Source of the DNA: Gammaproteobacteria bacterium
GTDB lineage: Bacteria; Pseudomonadota; Gammaproteobacteria; UBA4575
DNA: 64,000 bases
Reading direction: 5' to 3'
NCBI GenBank assembly: GCA_965247265.1
Contig: OZ252002.1
Location: 1,962,565 to 2,026,564 of the forward strand
The notes under the pieces were generated by a model. The model did no database searches. It was not told the origin of the DNA and worked only from the letters and a program-made list of their open reading frames with translations. The position numbers and the translations under genes were made by a program. Below are positions 1-10,019 of this stretch, piece after piece. The stretch's first letter is position 1; the number at the start of each line of letters is the position of its first letter.

Positions 1-93
1 TTAATTTTTATAATTTTTCTGTGCAGACAAAATGTAAACACAACTATTTCTTATTCTCTATATAAAAATCTCGATATAATTTTTCTTTTAAAA

Positions 94-130
94 TTAATTT
101 TAATGCCCACTTTCGGCCAAAAGAAGACAT
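94..130. repeat. REP-like palindromic element, subfamily a, reverse orientation (ATGCCCACTTTCGGCCAAAAGAAGACAT)
   Basis: Matches the recurring consensus TGACCGCT(A/T)TTGGCCGAAAGCGGACAT in reverse complement. Imperfect copy. Confidence 0.4.
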
Positions 131-172
131 TTCTTGTAAAGTATAGTTAGTGATTAGGCTTTTCTAAAATAG

Positions 173-376
173 TTATAACATCTTGTAGTTTTGTAATACT
201 TTTTGATTACGCACGTTATTTGTACGTCCCAGCATTATCAGTTTTATCGATACAAGAAGAACACCTGCTTCTAGCAACAAATCATGTACAAAACCTTTTA
301 CAAATAATGCGATAGTAAAAAGGACAAAAGTAACGACAATAACTAATATGGACGCTACATCAAATTGTTTACTCAT
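173..376 (-). CDS. small hydrophobic hypothetical protein (67 aa)
   Basis: ORF with two hydrophobic segments in AT-rich DNA. No recognisable domain. Confidence 0.25.
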   Translation of the reverse strand: MSKQFDVASILVIVVTFVLFTIALFVKGFVHDLLLEAGVLLVSIKLIMLGRTNNVRNQKVLQNYKML

Positions 377-457
377 TTTTTCTTCCTTATTTTTATAAAA
401 TTACAGTTAAAGAACCATATTGCTGCTAAAGTGTAATAATGATATTAGTTAATTACG

Positions 458-484
458 AATGTCCGCATTCGGCCAATAGCTATC
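458..484. repeat. REP-like palindromic element (reverse orientation)
   Basis: ATGTCCGCATTCGGCCAATAGC is the reverse complement of the TGACCGCTATTGGCCGAAAGCGGACAT family consensus. Confidence 0.45.
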
Positions 485-645
485 ATTAAAGATTAGCATA
501 ATAGGTATCTAATGCTTAGATATAGAATCGAAATATTTTTGACTAAGCACATAGTCAACTTCAACTTATGTTTTATAATCTGTAATACAAAAGCAAGTTT
601 TCTGTAATCACATTTTCTTAAAATAGGTTCTTACCTGATTACTGA

Positions 646-969
646 CTAGGGCAAAATTTGTGTGCCTGCTTCACCAACGATTGCAGCGGTTAAGTTTGGT
701 GAATCTGTAATGATAGCTCGAACACCACCATTCTCAACAAAACTGATCGCGGCTTGAACTTTAGGTTCCATACTTCCCTTCCCGAACTGCCTTTCTTCAA
801 TGAGCTGATTCGCCTCATCGATGGTTAATTTATCCAACCATTCCAAGCATGGCTCCAAAACCACCTTCTTCCAAAAAATCCCTTTGCATATCAATAATAA
901 TTAAAGCTGTTGCATCTGTATTTGCTTCTAAGGGATAAGGTTCAGCATTAAATGTTATTTTGCTCATTT
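646..969 (-). pseudogene. chimeric gene remnant: isochorismatase/RutB-like N-terminus (about 30 aa) fused out of frame to a carbamate kinase C-terminal fragment
   Basis: Minus-strand translation from 969 reads MSKITFNAEPYPLEANTDATALIIIDMQRDFLEEGGFG (cysteine-hydrolase family N-terminus) and then hits a stop. The overlapping frame 894..646 reads ...GSMEPKVQAAISFVENGGVRAIITD...GEAGTQI, a carbamate kinase C-terminal signature. Neither part is full length. Confidence 0.5.
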
Positions 970-1306
970 GTAAAATTCCTCAAATAATTAAATTTCAAAT
1001 TACACAACACAAAATATTAGGCATGTAGTTTATTTTAAAACTAACACTGAAAAATATAGTGCGCATGATGATGATTTATTTTAGCTAGATTTATCACTAT
1101 TATTATTGAGTTCTGATTATTATTTTCAGTCTGCTCTGTAGTATAATTTTTAACTTATCTTTATTACGTAAAATTAGTAATTGATATTTATATTAATTTA
1201 TAGGCCTTGTAGCGTAATTGTCAGATAATTTTTGAAGTTGTTATAAATTTTATCAGTAAACGGTTGTTTTGTGATTGAGAATGGTCAATAATTGATCGAT
1301 CTGATA

Positions 1307-1380
1307 TGGAGGCTAGGACCGGAATCGAACCGGTGTCCACGGCTTTGCAGGCCGCTGCATAACCACTCTGCCACCTAGCC
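1307..1380 (-). tRNA. cysT: tRNA-Cys (anticodon GCA)
   Basis: Reverse complement GGCTAGGTGGCAGAGTGGTtATGCAGCGGCCTGCAAAGCCGTGGACACCGGTTCGATTCCGGTCCTAGCCTCCA folds as a cloverleaf with anticodon loop CUGCAAA. Resembles E. coli tRNA-Cys. Confidence 0.85.
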
Positions 1381-1444
1381 TAACTCTTTTTAATATCAAT
1401 CAGATAGTTAACTACTCAACTAACTTTAGACGTGATTTTGGCGA

Positions 1445-1849
1445 TTATGTCTTGGATTGTGACATATCGACTAAACACTCTTGGTACTGTCTTAATCCGC
1501 CATCAGTAAAATGACTATATCTTTTAGCCATCTTCTCAGACTTCCATCCCCCAAGTTCTTGTAGAATCCTGGTTGAGACATTACTTTGAGCAAGCCAGCT
1601 TGCGTATGTATGTTGTAGCGTATGAAACGTCACATCTTTCAGTTTCTCCCTACGTCATGCATTCTCAAACACACTTCGTATAGTCTTTAATCGTTTGCCA
1701 CGATATGAAAACACATACTGTGAGTTATCAGCTAGCTTCCATCGTCTTTGCAAGACATCAAGCGCAGTGAAATTTAACGAAACAGTACGAGCCTGTCCAT
1801 TCTTATGTTGATCGGGATATATCCAGCACACCCCACTCTCTAAATCCAC
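1445..1849 (-). pseudogene. tyrosine recombinase (phage integrase) remnant, two out-of-frame C-terminal fragments
   Basis: ORF 1445..1633 carries ...HTLQHTYASWLAQSNVSTRILQELGGWKSEKMAKRYSHF (integrase catalytic C-terminus with HxxR...Y region). ORF 1655..1849 is an upstream integrase core segment. No N-terminus is present. Confidence 0.55.
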
Positions 1850-2111
1850 TTGCTCCCATTCAAGACCTAGAATATTCGATTTCCTGAGTCCAGCACGGGC
1901 AAATCAGATCAAGTTTGGCAGGTGATAACCACAACGCAACATCGACACTTTGCCTTCTCGATATTGCCTGCGGCGCCGAACCCGAAAGTTGTATCGATGA
2001 CGCGAAAATCATGCCGCCTCAACCAACAAAAGAAACGACCGACTCTAGGTGGTACTTTTGGCATGGCCTGGCTGTCCGGGACACAATATACACATTGTTG
2101 CGGCAAAGCCG

Positions 2112-2687
2112 TTAGCGGATATCTTCATCAATCACCTCTCGCAGCAGCTGCATTAGCGTCTCATCCTGATAGCAGGTCTTGTTGATGAGCTCTTTTGCTC
2201 GTGCGGATAGGCGCCGATAGCCCCAGCTTGATCGCCGTTTGGTCTCGGCCCACCCCTCGCGTTGGTAGTAGAGTGGGAGGTTGACATCGAAATATGAGAT
2301 GCTGTCCGCATCCTTGAGCAGATCGGAGCGGGAATCGCCACCCACCTCATGAACCTCCACCAGGCGGCAGGCCTCATCCGCAATATCCCATGCCACGCCG
2401 CATGCGTTTAGAATCGGGCGCAATATTTTCGCCCCATTGCTGGCATGAGCTGCCTTAAAGGCATCGTAATCGTCGAAGTCAGCACGCTTGACCTTTCTCA
2501 CGTCGTCGGCCCGGTCGATGTCATGTGCCAAGGCCGCCAGTTGCAAGGCATCGCCGGCATCCGGTTCCAGGCGCAACAGCCATTCCAAAGTATTGTCGGC
2601 GTGACGGGGATCTTCAGGCACTCGCGAGCCCGCAATGAGCGCCCGGATCTTGCGTTTCGCACGATCGACGTTACGCATCACGCACAA
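2112..2687 (-). CDS. HD-domain phosphohydrolase-like protein (191 aa), last gene of the inositol-phosphate operon
   Basis: H...(25)...HD motif (RHADNTLEW...LAALAHDIDR). Start overlaps the upstream gene by 17 nt. GC-rich. Confidence 0.45.
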   Translation of the reverse strand: MCVMRNVDRAKRKIRALIAGSRVPEDPRHADNTLEWLLRLEPDAGDALQLAALAHDIDRADDVRKVKRADFDDYDAFKAAHASNGAKILRPILNACGVAWDIADEACRLVEVHEVGGDSRSDLLKDADSISYFDVNLPLYYQREGWAETKRRSSWGYRRLSARAKELINKTCYQDETLMQLLREVIDEDIR

Positions 2688-3996
2688 TCATGACCCGGCG
2701 TAGTGTCTCAACATTCATCACCACGGCGATTATCACCAGTACTGGCAACACCAGATTACTCACCGCACCCAGAAAGATAACGAACACGCGCACATCCCGC
2801 CCCATACGCAACCCGGCCTCGCCGCTAGCCGCAATGCGGTCACGCATCAAGTTGTCATATTTATCTGCCGTGTAACTCAGCATAAACGAGCCGATAATAG
2901 CCATGAAACCAGCTAGCAGAACCCAGCCAATCGCTTGCTCCGCAAGGCAATGCCAGGTCAAGCCGAACAGCAGAAAAGCGTCGGCATACCGGTCCAGCAC
3001 CGCATCGAACCAGCTTCCAAAACCGCTGCTTTGGTATTTGAGTCTGGCCACTTCACCGTCGCAACCGTCGACGATCGATGCGAATTGAGCCAGAACACCA
3101 CCAGTGAGGAGGGCAATATACCCGCCCAACGCAAAAAGTCCGGCTGCTAATAGGGAACACACAAATGAGAACATCGAAATCTGATTAGGGGTAATATCGA
3201 AATTCACCAAATGACGTGACAAACGCGCGGAGATCGGGCGGTTTAAATAACGTGCTACCGGACCGTCGTTTGCCTTGTCGCGGAGACGATTCAGCAAGGC
3301 TTTCTCTGCTCTTTGGAAAGATTGGGAATCATCCACATCAATCCAGAAATCCGACGTCGGGATCGCCTTGGCGTGTCCTTTAGCGGCCAAAATCCGCACA
3401 GCCCCGGACAAACTGTTATCACAATTTCCTTTGCTTTGATCCAGTGCCCTAAATATAGCGGGAGTACATAGGAAAACACCGGTGTCGAAGCCATTGAAGT
3501 CGGACAGTCCCTTACTGATATCATGGATCTTTCCGTCCACCATCTTGACCCGAGTGACATCCCCCATATCGACCAGGGGATTGCAGGTATCGCTGTCCAC
3601 CACCAGTGCAATCTCCTCCCTGGGCAGGGTAAGCGTTGTCAATGTACGAACGAGTGATGGCTCGAACAGATGATCCGCCATTAGCAACAAGAAAGGATCC
3701 TGCAGGTGCTCTCGCGCTTTGAGTACCGAAAGGCCGTTGTCTTTGTCCCAATCGTCATTTACCAGCGGAGTGATCCGAATCGCAAGACGTTCCGCCAGCC
3801 GTTCGAGAAAAAGGCGAACCCGCTCGCCCTGGTAGCCGATAACGACATAAAATTCCTCCCCCCGCCCCACGGCCTCCAGGACAGTGCGGATAACACGTTC
3901 AATCAGGGGGATCCCGAGGATGGGGATGAGAGGCTTGCTGTCACCCCTCTGCTGCAGCCGGCTGCCTTTGCCCGCTGCGATGATCAGGCACTTCAT
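2671..3996 (-). CDS. bifunctional nucleotidyltransferase / CDP-alcohol phosphatidyltransferase (IPCT/DIPPS-like; CTP:inositol-1-phosphate cytidylyltransferase fused to di-myo-inositol-phosphate-phosphate synthase)
   Basis: N-terminus MKCLIIAAGKGSRL... is a sugar-phosphate nucleotidyltransferase fold. The C-terminal 190 aa are a multi-TM CDP-OH transferase with the D-G-x2-AR...G-x3-D-x3-D motif (DGCDGEVAR...FDAVLDRYAD). Same domain order as archaeal IPCT/DIPPS. Confidence 0.65.
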   Translation of the reverse strand: MKCLIIAAGKGSRLQQRGDSKPLIPILGIPLIERVIRTVLEAVGRGEEFYVVIGYQGERVRLFLERLAERLAIRITPLVNDDWDKDNGLSVLKAREHLQDPFLLLMADHLFEPSLVRTLTTLTLPREEIALVVDSDTCNPLVDMGDVTRVKMVDGKIHDISKGLSDFNGFDTGVFLCTPAIFRALDQSKGNCDNSLSGAVRILAAKGHAKAIPTSDFWIDVDDSQSFQRAEKALLNRLRDKANDGPVARYLNRPISARLSRHLVNFDITPNQISMFSFVCSLLAAGLFALGGYIALLTGGVLAQFASIVDGCDGEVARLKYQSSGFGSWFDAVLDRYADAFLLFGLTWHCLAEQAIGWVLLAGFMAIIGSFMLSYTADKYDNLMRDRIAASGEAGLRMGRDVRVFVIFLGAVSNLVLPVLVIIAVVMNVETLRRVMIVRDA

Positions 3997-5116
3997 GCAC
4001 TCTCCCCAGTTTATTATTGATAAAGGCTTCTGTCATACGATGGGCTTCATCATCAGTGAACTGCCGTGACGGATGTTTGCAGAAATAGGCCGATGGTGCT
4101 TCCAGTACGCCACTCTGGCCCCGGTCCAATGCCAGCTTGGCACAACGAATCATATCGATGGCCACGCCCGCCGAGTTGGGCGAATCCTCCACCGACAGAC
4201 GCATCTCGAGATTCATTGGTATGTCGCCAAACAGTTTGCCTTCCATGCGCACGAAGGCGATCTTGTTGTCATTCTGCCAGGGTACATAGTCACTGGGACC
4301 GACATGGATATTGTCGTCGTCTAAACGGCGGTCGGTCACGGCCTGCACCGCCTCGGTCTTGGATTCCTTTTTGGAAGCCAGACGGTGGCGGTTCAGCATG
4401 TTTAGAAAGTCGGTATTGCCGCCAGTATTAAGTTGATAGGTGCGTTCCAGCTTAACCCCTCGTTTGGCAAATAGGTCAGTCAGTACGCGGTGGGTAATGG
4501 TTGCCCCCAACTGGGATTTAATATCATCGCCGATAAGGGGCAGTCCGGCCTCTTTAAAATGATCTGCCCACGCTCCTTCAGGATCGCTGGCGATGAAGAC
4601 CGGGATATTGTTGACAAAGGCCAAACCGGCCTTCAATGCGCAGCCGGCATAAAACCGGGTCGCCTCCTCAGAGCCGACAGGCAAATAGTTCACCAGGACT
4701 TCCGCACCGGATTCCTTGAGCGCTTTGATAATTTCTTCTTCCGCAGGCTCTGGTTCATCGGCCAGAATAAAAGTACGTTTTTCGTCGTAATTTTTCATGT
4801 GGTCCGAAAACCCGTCGAGGATTCTGCCCATCCGTACAGTGACACCGGATTCAGGGAGTTCAGAACAGAAAACCGTCGTGCAGTTGGGTGGGGAATAAAT
4901 GGCCTCGTGCACATCGACGCCGACTTTTCGCTGGTCGGTATCGAAGGCCGCGACGACCTCTATGTCGCCGGGTTTGTATCCGCCAATCTCCCAATGCATC
5001 AGACCGATGGCCTCCAGCGGCGTCTTTTCCCGATAGTAGTGGAGGCCCTGTATTAAAGAGCTCGCACAGTTTCCAATCCCGATGATTGCAATCTTAATCT
5101 TATTCAAATTCATCAC
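3941..5116 (-). CDS. myo-inositol-1-phosphate synthase (archaeal/bacterial short type, 391 aa)
   Basis: N-terminal Rossmann motif IAIIGIGNCASSL. The central region aligns with short archaeal MIPS around GDDIKSQLGATITHRVLTDLFAKRGVKLERTYQLNTGGNTDF. Overlaps the downstream IPCT/DIPPS start. Confidence 0.7.
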   Translation of the reverse strand: MMNLNKIKIAIIGIGNCASSLIQGLHYYREKTPLEAIGLMHWEIGGYKPGDIEVVAAFDTDQRKVGVDVHEAIYSPPNCTTVFCSELPESGVTVRMGRILDGFSDHMKNYDEKRTFILADEPEPAEEEIIKALKESGAEVLVNYLPVGSEEATRFYAGCALKAGLAFVNNIPVFIASDPEGAWADHFKEAGLPLIGDDIKSQLGATITHRVLTDLFAKRGVKLERTYQLNTGGNTDFLNMLNRHRLASKKESKTEAVQAVTDRRLDDDNIHVGPSDYVPWQNDNKIAFVRMEGKLFGDIPMNLEMRLSVEDSPNSAGVAIDMIRCAKLALDRGQSGVLEAPSAYFCKHPSRQFTDDEAHRMTEAFINNKLGRVHEVPDHRSGQRQPAAAEG

Positions 5117-5496
5117 TTGCCTCTCATTATTGTTGTGTTTAGCTAACTGCTATCTTGTCGAAGATAGCATACTCGCGATCACTACCCCGTATGCCGGCAA
5201 AAATGGCGCCAACTTTTTTTGCTGCTGGCACCCCAGCCCAGATCTGCGCCGCGAAAGGTGGTCAGAGTTGGTCCTTTCATCTTTAGTTCTTTGAAAATAA
5301 TAAATTGAAATCTGAACACAATCACGAGGCGCTTTGTGAGTCAGTTCAAAAAATATATCGCTCAGCGAACTGGGCGTGTCACAGCGTGACATCGATACGT
5401 CCATTTAGACGTTATTGACGTCGATTATCGTAGATTTTAATGTAACTGTGTTATATATGATTATGTTCTAATTAAATATATATTTGATACTTGCTG

Positions 5497-5534
5497 TTTT
5501 GCAGGCCGCTACATAACCACTCTGCCATCTAGCC
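5497..5534 (-). repeat. partial tRNA-Cys copy (5' half, about 37 nt, 2 mismatches); candidate att-site remnant
   Basis: TTGCAGGCCGCTACATAACCACTCTGCCATCTAGCC matches positions 1344-1380 of the intact tRNA-Cys. Same orientation. Confidence 0.7.
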
Positions 5535-5586
5535 ATATAAATGTTAATTTTTCTTCAGAGCGTATTAACGATCCATAAAGTAAAAA

Positions 5587-5612
5587 AACCTCGAGAAATT
5601 AATCGAGGTTTT
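5587..5612. terminator. bidirectional rho-independent terminator hairpin
   Basis: AAAAAAACCTCGAgaaattaaTCGAGGTTTTAAAAA: 8-bp stem, A-run before and T-run after. Confidence 0.5.
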
Positions 5613-5853
5613 AAAAATTAATACCATCTAAACGTTAGACTTGTCACTGAATTTGCGATTCAATCATTTAAACAGCGCTATTTCAGGAATCTTTCAATTC
5701 TCACCCATTCTGCGTATTTTTATGAATCTAAAGGTGCGCAAATGTACAAAGATTACAGCCACAGCTAGAATCCGTTGTTCCGGCTTTTCTAAAACTAATG
5801 ACAAGTTTTGAATTAAGAGAAAATTAGACTAATTTTCCCTCAAGATGGCTTTG

Positions 5854-6039
5854 CTAGCCAAATATGCTCATAAACTTCCACACGAGGAAGCCAAGAAGAA
5901 TCAATGAAATCACCACATAGGCTTTGACAAAAAGCCAATCTGAAAATGTGAGAGATGAACCACTCGCCACAGTACCGTGGTTAGGTGCCCCAAGCTCTAA
6001 ATTGATAGGTTTTTGATATGATTGAATTACATCATCCAT
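5854..6039 (-). CDS. small membrane protein, hypothetical (61 aa)
   Basis: ORF with a C-terminal TM segment. Confidence 0.3.
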   Translation of the reverse strand: MDDVIQSYQKPINLELGAPNHGTVASGSSLTFSDWLFVKAYVVISLILLGFLVWKFMSIFG

Positions 6040-6553
6040 ACAGGAAATTATCCTAAACTATGTTCTCAACAAATCTAACCTACATCACAAAAATTAAGGA
6101 TTGATGAAATTTTTCTGAATGTAGATTTATTTATTCTTTAAGCGTGTGCAAAGCCGCTTACATAAGCGGTCAATGACCATAAAAGGATAAAAAAGTAGTA
6201 ACCTGCGAATGTAGCGGTAAGTATCAACATCACAAGCAGTAAAAGCGCTTCAAACATAGGTATTTATACAATTATTTTAAACGGTTAGTTATAAATAATC
6301 GTTCAAATGAATGTTATTATAGGAAAATTACAGCGCCCTATGTGTATCTAGGTTCCAGTTAAGCACACATCGCTTAATTCACAGATATATCGCGTGAGTG
6401 GCAATATGAAAATTGAGTTGAATAACAGTGAATAGATTGCGTCAAAGACAATTACGAGACTGCTATATATTAGTGTGGTTTTAGTACCTATGAATTAGGT
6501 GCTATTGAGTTAATTTGGAACACGCGGAATGTCTGTACGTACAAAATATTTAA

Positions 6554-6928
6554 TCATTCTACTTCTACAATATCTGCTTTTAAGCTAGAAACAAATTCAG
6601 CTATTTCATCGCATTCTTGATTTGGAACATTTAATGCCTGCATGGTATCGCCTGCATGACTCATAAAAATTGACCAATCACTTTCACTTATTCCCATGCC
6701 AATATGTGATGTTTTCATATCTCGTCCTGTGTAATACATTGGCCCTCCCGCACTCGCGCATAAATTATCAATAAGCAGCTGCTTCTCTCGTGCTACGCTA
6801 TCATCCCCCCTATTCTGCCAAAACCGCCCAAGTTGTGCGTCTGCTTCTAAACGAGGAAGCAAATCTTCCACAAAATTGATGATTCCTTCATATCCGCCTA
6901 ACCTTTCGTATAGTGATTTATCACTCAT
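6554..6928 (-). CDS. truncated hemoglobin (group I 2-on-2 globin)
   Basis: LYERLGG...GGPMYYTGRDMKTSHIGMGIS matches the trHbN/GlbN family signature. Confidence 0.7.
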   Translation of the reverse strand: MSDKSLYERLGGYEGIINFVEDLLPRLEADAQLGRFWQNRGDDSVAREKQLLIDNLCASAGGPMYYTGRDMKTSHIGMGISESDWSIFMSHAGDTMQALNVPNQECDEIAEFVSSLKADIVEVE

Positions 6929-7055
6929 ATTGATTCCAACTTAATTGTGTGTCACGCCATGATCTTGGCTTAACACAATCAAGATTGCTAGTGAACAGCA
7001 ATAGTAAATAGTAATTTTTGAGGTGAATAATATTTGGGGATTTTTTATTTTCTCA

Positions 7056-7940
7056 TCAAAGCAGTTGGCCCTGCACAGTGGTAATGACATGCCCACCCAC
7101 ACTCACTTCGCAGCCTTCATCTAGCATGCGTGCACGCAACATTATCAATGAAGGCCGACGAACTTCATGACCTTGCTCAATTCTAATTGACAAACTGGTC
7201 CCTGGGAAAAGTTGATGTTTCATTAAGTAAGCACCTAAAAAGGCGGCACCATTTCCTGTAGCTGGATCTTCTCGTACACCATGCGCTTCAAAGAAAAATC
7301 TAACGCATAGATCGTTTTGTGGTGTATGGGTCTGCTGGCAAAATAAGTAAACAAGAGGAGAAAATCCTTCACGTGCCAATGTGGCAAACTTATTAAGGTT
7401 GAGGTTACAGCGACTAAGCGCTTCCAGGCTTCGAATTGGAACAATTAGAGCCGAAGTGCGGGCAGAAATCATCTGTATGGGTGTGCTTGTCTCAATATCT
7501 TCTTGTGAAATACCAAGTGCTGCGGCCATGGGTCCACATGTAGTCGTTGCACCTAAAGTCATCTGAGGTGCCTGAAACCACGCAACTTGTTTTTCTTTAG
7601 CAGATTTTTCATACGTAACAGGTACCTGTCCTACGGCAATATTAAGAAGTACCTTCGAAGTGGGTTCAGGCAAAATACAGTTTCGAATGATATGAGCCGT
7701 GCCAAGAATGGGATGCCCAGCAAATGCAATTTCTTGTGATGGCGTGAATATTCGAACGCGGTACCCACCATTATCATCGGGTACAGATATCGCAAAGGTC
7801 GTTTCAGAAAAATTCATTTCTGTCGCAATCTTCTGCATTATTTCAGCAGACAATGGCTCTTCGCCCACAACAACAGCCAGCGGATTTCCAGAAAAGGGTT
7901 GTTCTGCGAACACATCCACCAAGTAAAATTGCTGTGTCAT
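7056..7940 (-). CDS. PhzF-family phenazine-biosynthesis-like isomerase
   Basis: N-terminus ...VDVFAEQPFSGNPLAVVVGEE...MQKIATEMNFSETTF is the PhzF/YddE signature. 294 aa. Confidence 0.75.
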   Translation of the reverse strand: MTQQFYLVDVFAEQPFSGNPLAVVVGEEPLSAEIMQKIATEMNFSETTFAISVPDDNGGYRVRIFTPSQEIAFAGHPILGTAHIIRNCILPEPTSKVLLNIAVGQVPVTYEKSAKEKQVAWFQAPQMTLGATTTCGPMAAALGISQEDIETSTPIQMISARTSALIVPIRSLEALSRCNLNLNKFATLAREGFSPLVYLFCQQTHTPQNDLCVRFFFEAHGVREDPATGNGAAFLGAYLMKHQLFPGTSLSIRIEQGHEVRRPSLIMLRARMLDEGCEVSVGGHVITTVQGQLL

Positions 7941-8486
7941 TTTAGTTTGCGCCCATTTGCCATTTCTTTCTTATAACATTGCAATTTTGCCCATGAAGCA
8001 ATCATTACGCGAGAATTAAGTGGCGCATCACAGTAAGTAAAATCTGCCTCTAAAGTTTGCTAACCGTGATAATTTCACAGTGCTAAACCTGCACTCATTC
8101 TATATATACAATTAATTACTATAGATTATTACTATATCTAATTGAATTGTTTGATAAATATTCTTCTGAAAGTATTTTGAGCGGTTTTGGGTAACCCTAG
8201 GCAAAATTTCGTATCCAACTTCGGGATCTGTACCCTCACTATCCATCTACCTCTTTATGGTTAAGCTCTTCGAGCAATTGACCTTTTGTCCCGTCTCATT
8301 GAGGATCGGAATTGATAAGCATTCCGCGAAGTGATTGCAGCTCTGATCGCAATAACTATGACGGGCTTCATTGAGCATGATATGGCACACAAAATTAGTA
8401 GTGTTTTAAGGTACCTATAGGGTAAATTGATAGACATCAACTGCCTAAAAACCAGTCATTAGTAAACCTTTTGGTTAATAATTCAG

Positions 8487-9558
8487 ATGATTGGCGAAGG
8501 CAAACATGGCTTATGGCGCGTTCAAGATAACGGCACCATTCGTGAATACCTTAAAGAAGGCAAAAAAGGCTTACCACCTGATGCAGATTTGTTTAATAAG
8601 AAAAATTTCGCAACCATTAATAATAATTACGCGGCCTACCTGCCTAAAGAAAGCTGGAGTGGATACAAACATCCACATCAAAAAATAGCTGATGATGGTA
8701 ATTTAAACTTTATTGATTTACCACTCAATCATCCAAAGTATAAAGGGAAGTATGCAGACCATGTACCTATCGATCTTCCTCACTTTTACTGCACCATGTC
8801 CGCCAACCGATATCCGTACGCAAAACTTCCGATCGATCATGCATTCAATCAACCTGCAGCAGGAGATATTGGCCCACTTGGAAAACGAGCAGGACTGGAT
8901 GTAAATGAGCTGTACACCAAAGTATTGCGTCTTGAGCAGTTTCCCGATGCACGCGCATGGGTCAATGTTGGCGGAAAAGATGAACACTCGGTTGATTGGC
9001 AACCCGTAAATGTCAGTAAAACTAATACGGAATTTTATTTAATAGAACGTCCATTTTTTAATGAGCCCTATTTGTTTGTGACTGCGGTTTTTGATAATGC
9101 TGATAATCAGGATTTTCAATATGTTCGACCAGATGGCCCCTACTATGACTCTGTAAAATCCAAAAAAGTTAAAACAGAAGTCACTCACGAACCTCGTTTT
9201 CATCTTGAAAACGGTAAGGTAGCCAAAGCAAAAGGATTACCCATTTATGGTGTGCATCATCCTAATCGTGCTGCATTTGGTGGAGGGGCGCATGCCCACT
9301 TAAAGGCGGCGACTGGAGCAACTATCCGAAAACGACAGGTGCTGCAGGTTGGCCTACCAACTACGAAGAAATTACACCATTGTGTGATGGCGTACTGGTC
9401 GATATTAAATTCTTCGCTAATCTATCGGGTCAAGATTGGAATGATCCCACAACTTATCTAGCCAATGCCGGAACAGGTTCAAAAGAAGTTACGTACCACA
9501 TGGAGCCAGGCGAGTATGGCGTCTATACCGATCCGTATAACGTTGAGCGTGGGGTGTG
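8487..9558 (+). pseudogene. hypothetical protein of about 357 aa, frameshifted near 9290 (G-run); no recognisable domain
   Basis: ORF 8487..9461 reads through. A +2 frame continues with coding-like text (GGDWSNYPKTTGAAGWPTNYEEITPLCDGVLVDIKFFANLSGQDWNDPTTYLANAGTGSKEVTYHMEPGEYGVYTDPYNVERGV) to 9558. Sits at the AT/GC compositional boundary. Confidence 0.35.
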
Positions 9559-10019
9559 ATGACCAACCGCCGCAGGGCGTCCAGATCGCATCGATCGAGG
9601 GAAGGAGCGAGAGGGTATCGGGTCCGGCTAGCGAACCCATCCGGATCCGTCGCGGCGCATGGCGGCCCGGCTCCGAACGCCATCATCAAGCGTTTCAAAG
9701 AGGAGGAGTATCCTCAGAAGCAGCGCGTAGTGCTACCGTTACGGCGGCGTCCAGTTCCAAGAGCGCATCAGCCTTGAGCATATCCCTTATGGCTCGCCTC
9801 CTGGACGGCAACGCATGATCCGCACCGGAGTCGCGCAATGCCTGCTGCCGCTCAGATCCGGAAACCGACTACACGATCCCGCTTGAATGCGGGCACAGTA
9901 AGCATGTACGGTGGGGTCGACATCGTAGACTGCCGCCGACGAAGCGAGATGATGGGCAGAAAAGAAACCACGGCACCGCCCGCGCCGTCGCCGTTTATGG
10001 GGGACTACATAATCAGAAT

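Noticed and set aside
1909-2185. Plus-strand ORFs 1915..2115 and 1922..2185, and minus-strand 1909..2106
   Set aside because: They overlap each other and the HD-domain gene's 3' region. GC-driven open frames without features.
2445-4431. Plus-strand ORFs inside the inositol operon (2445..2693, 2690..2875, 2903..3150, 3482..4069, 4066..4431 and others)
   Set aside because: They lie antisense to three genes with strong motif support. GC-rich frame artefacts.
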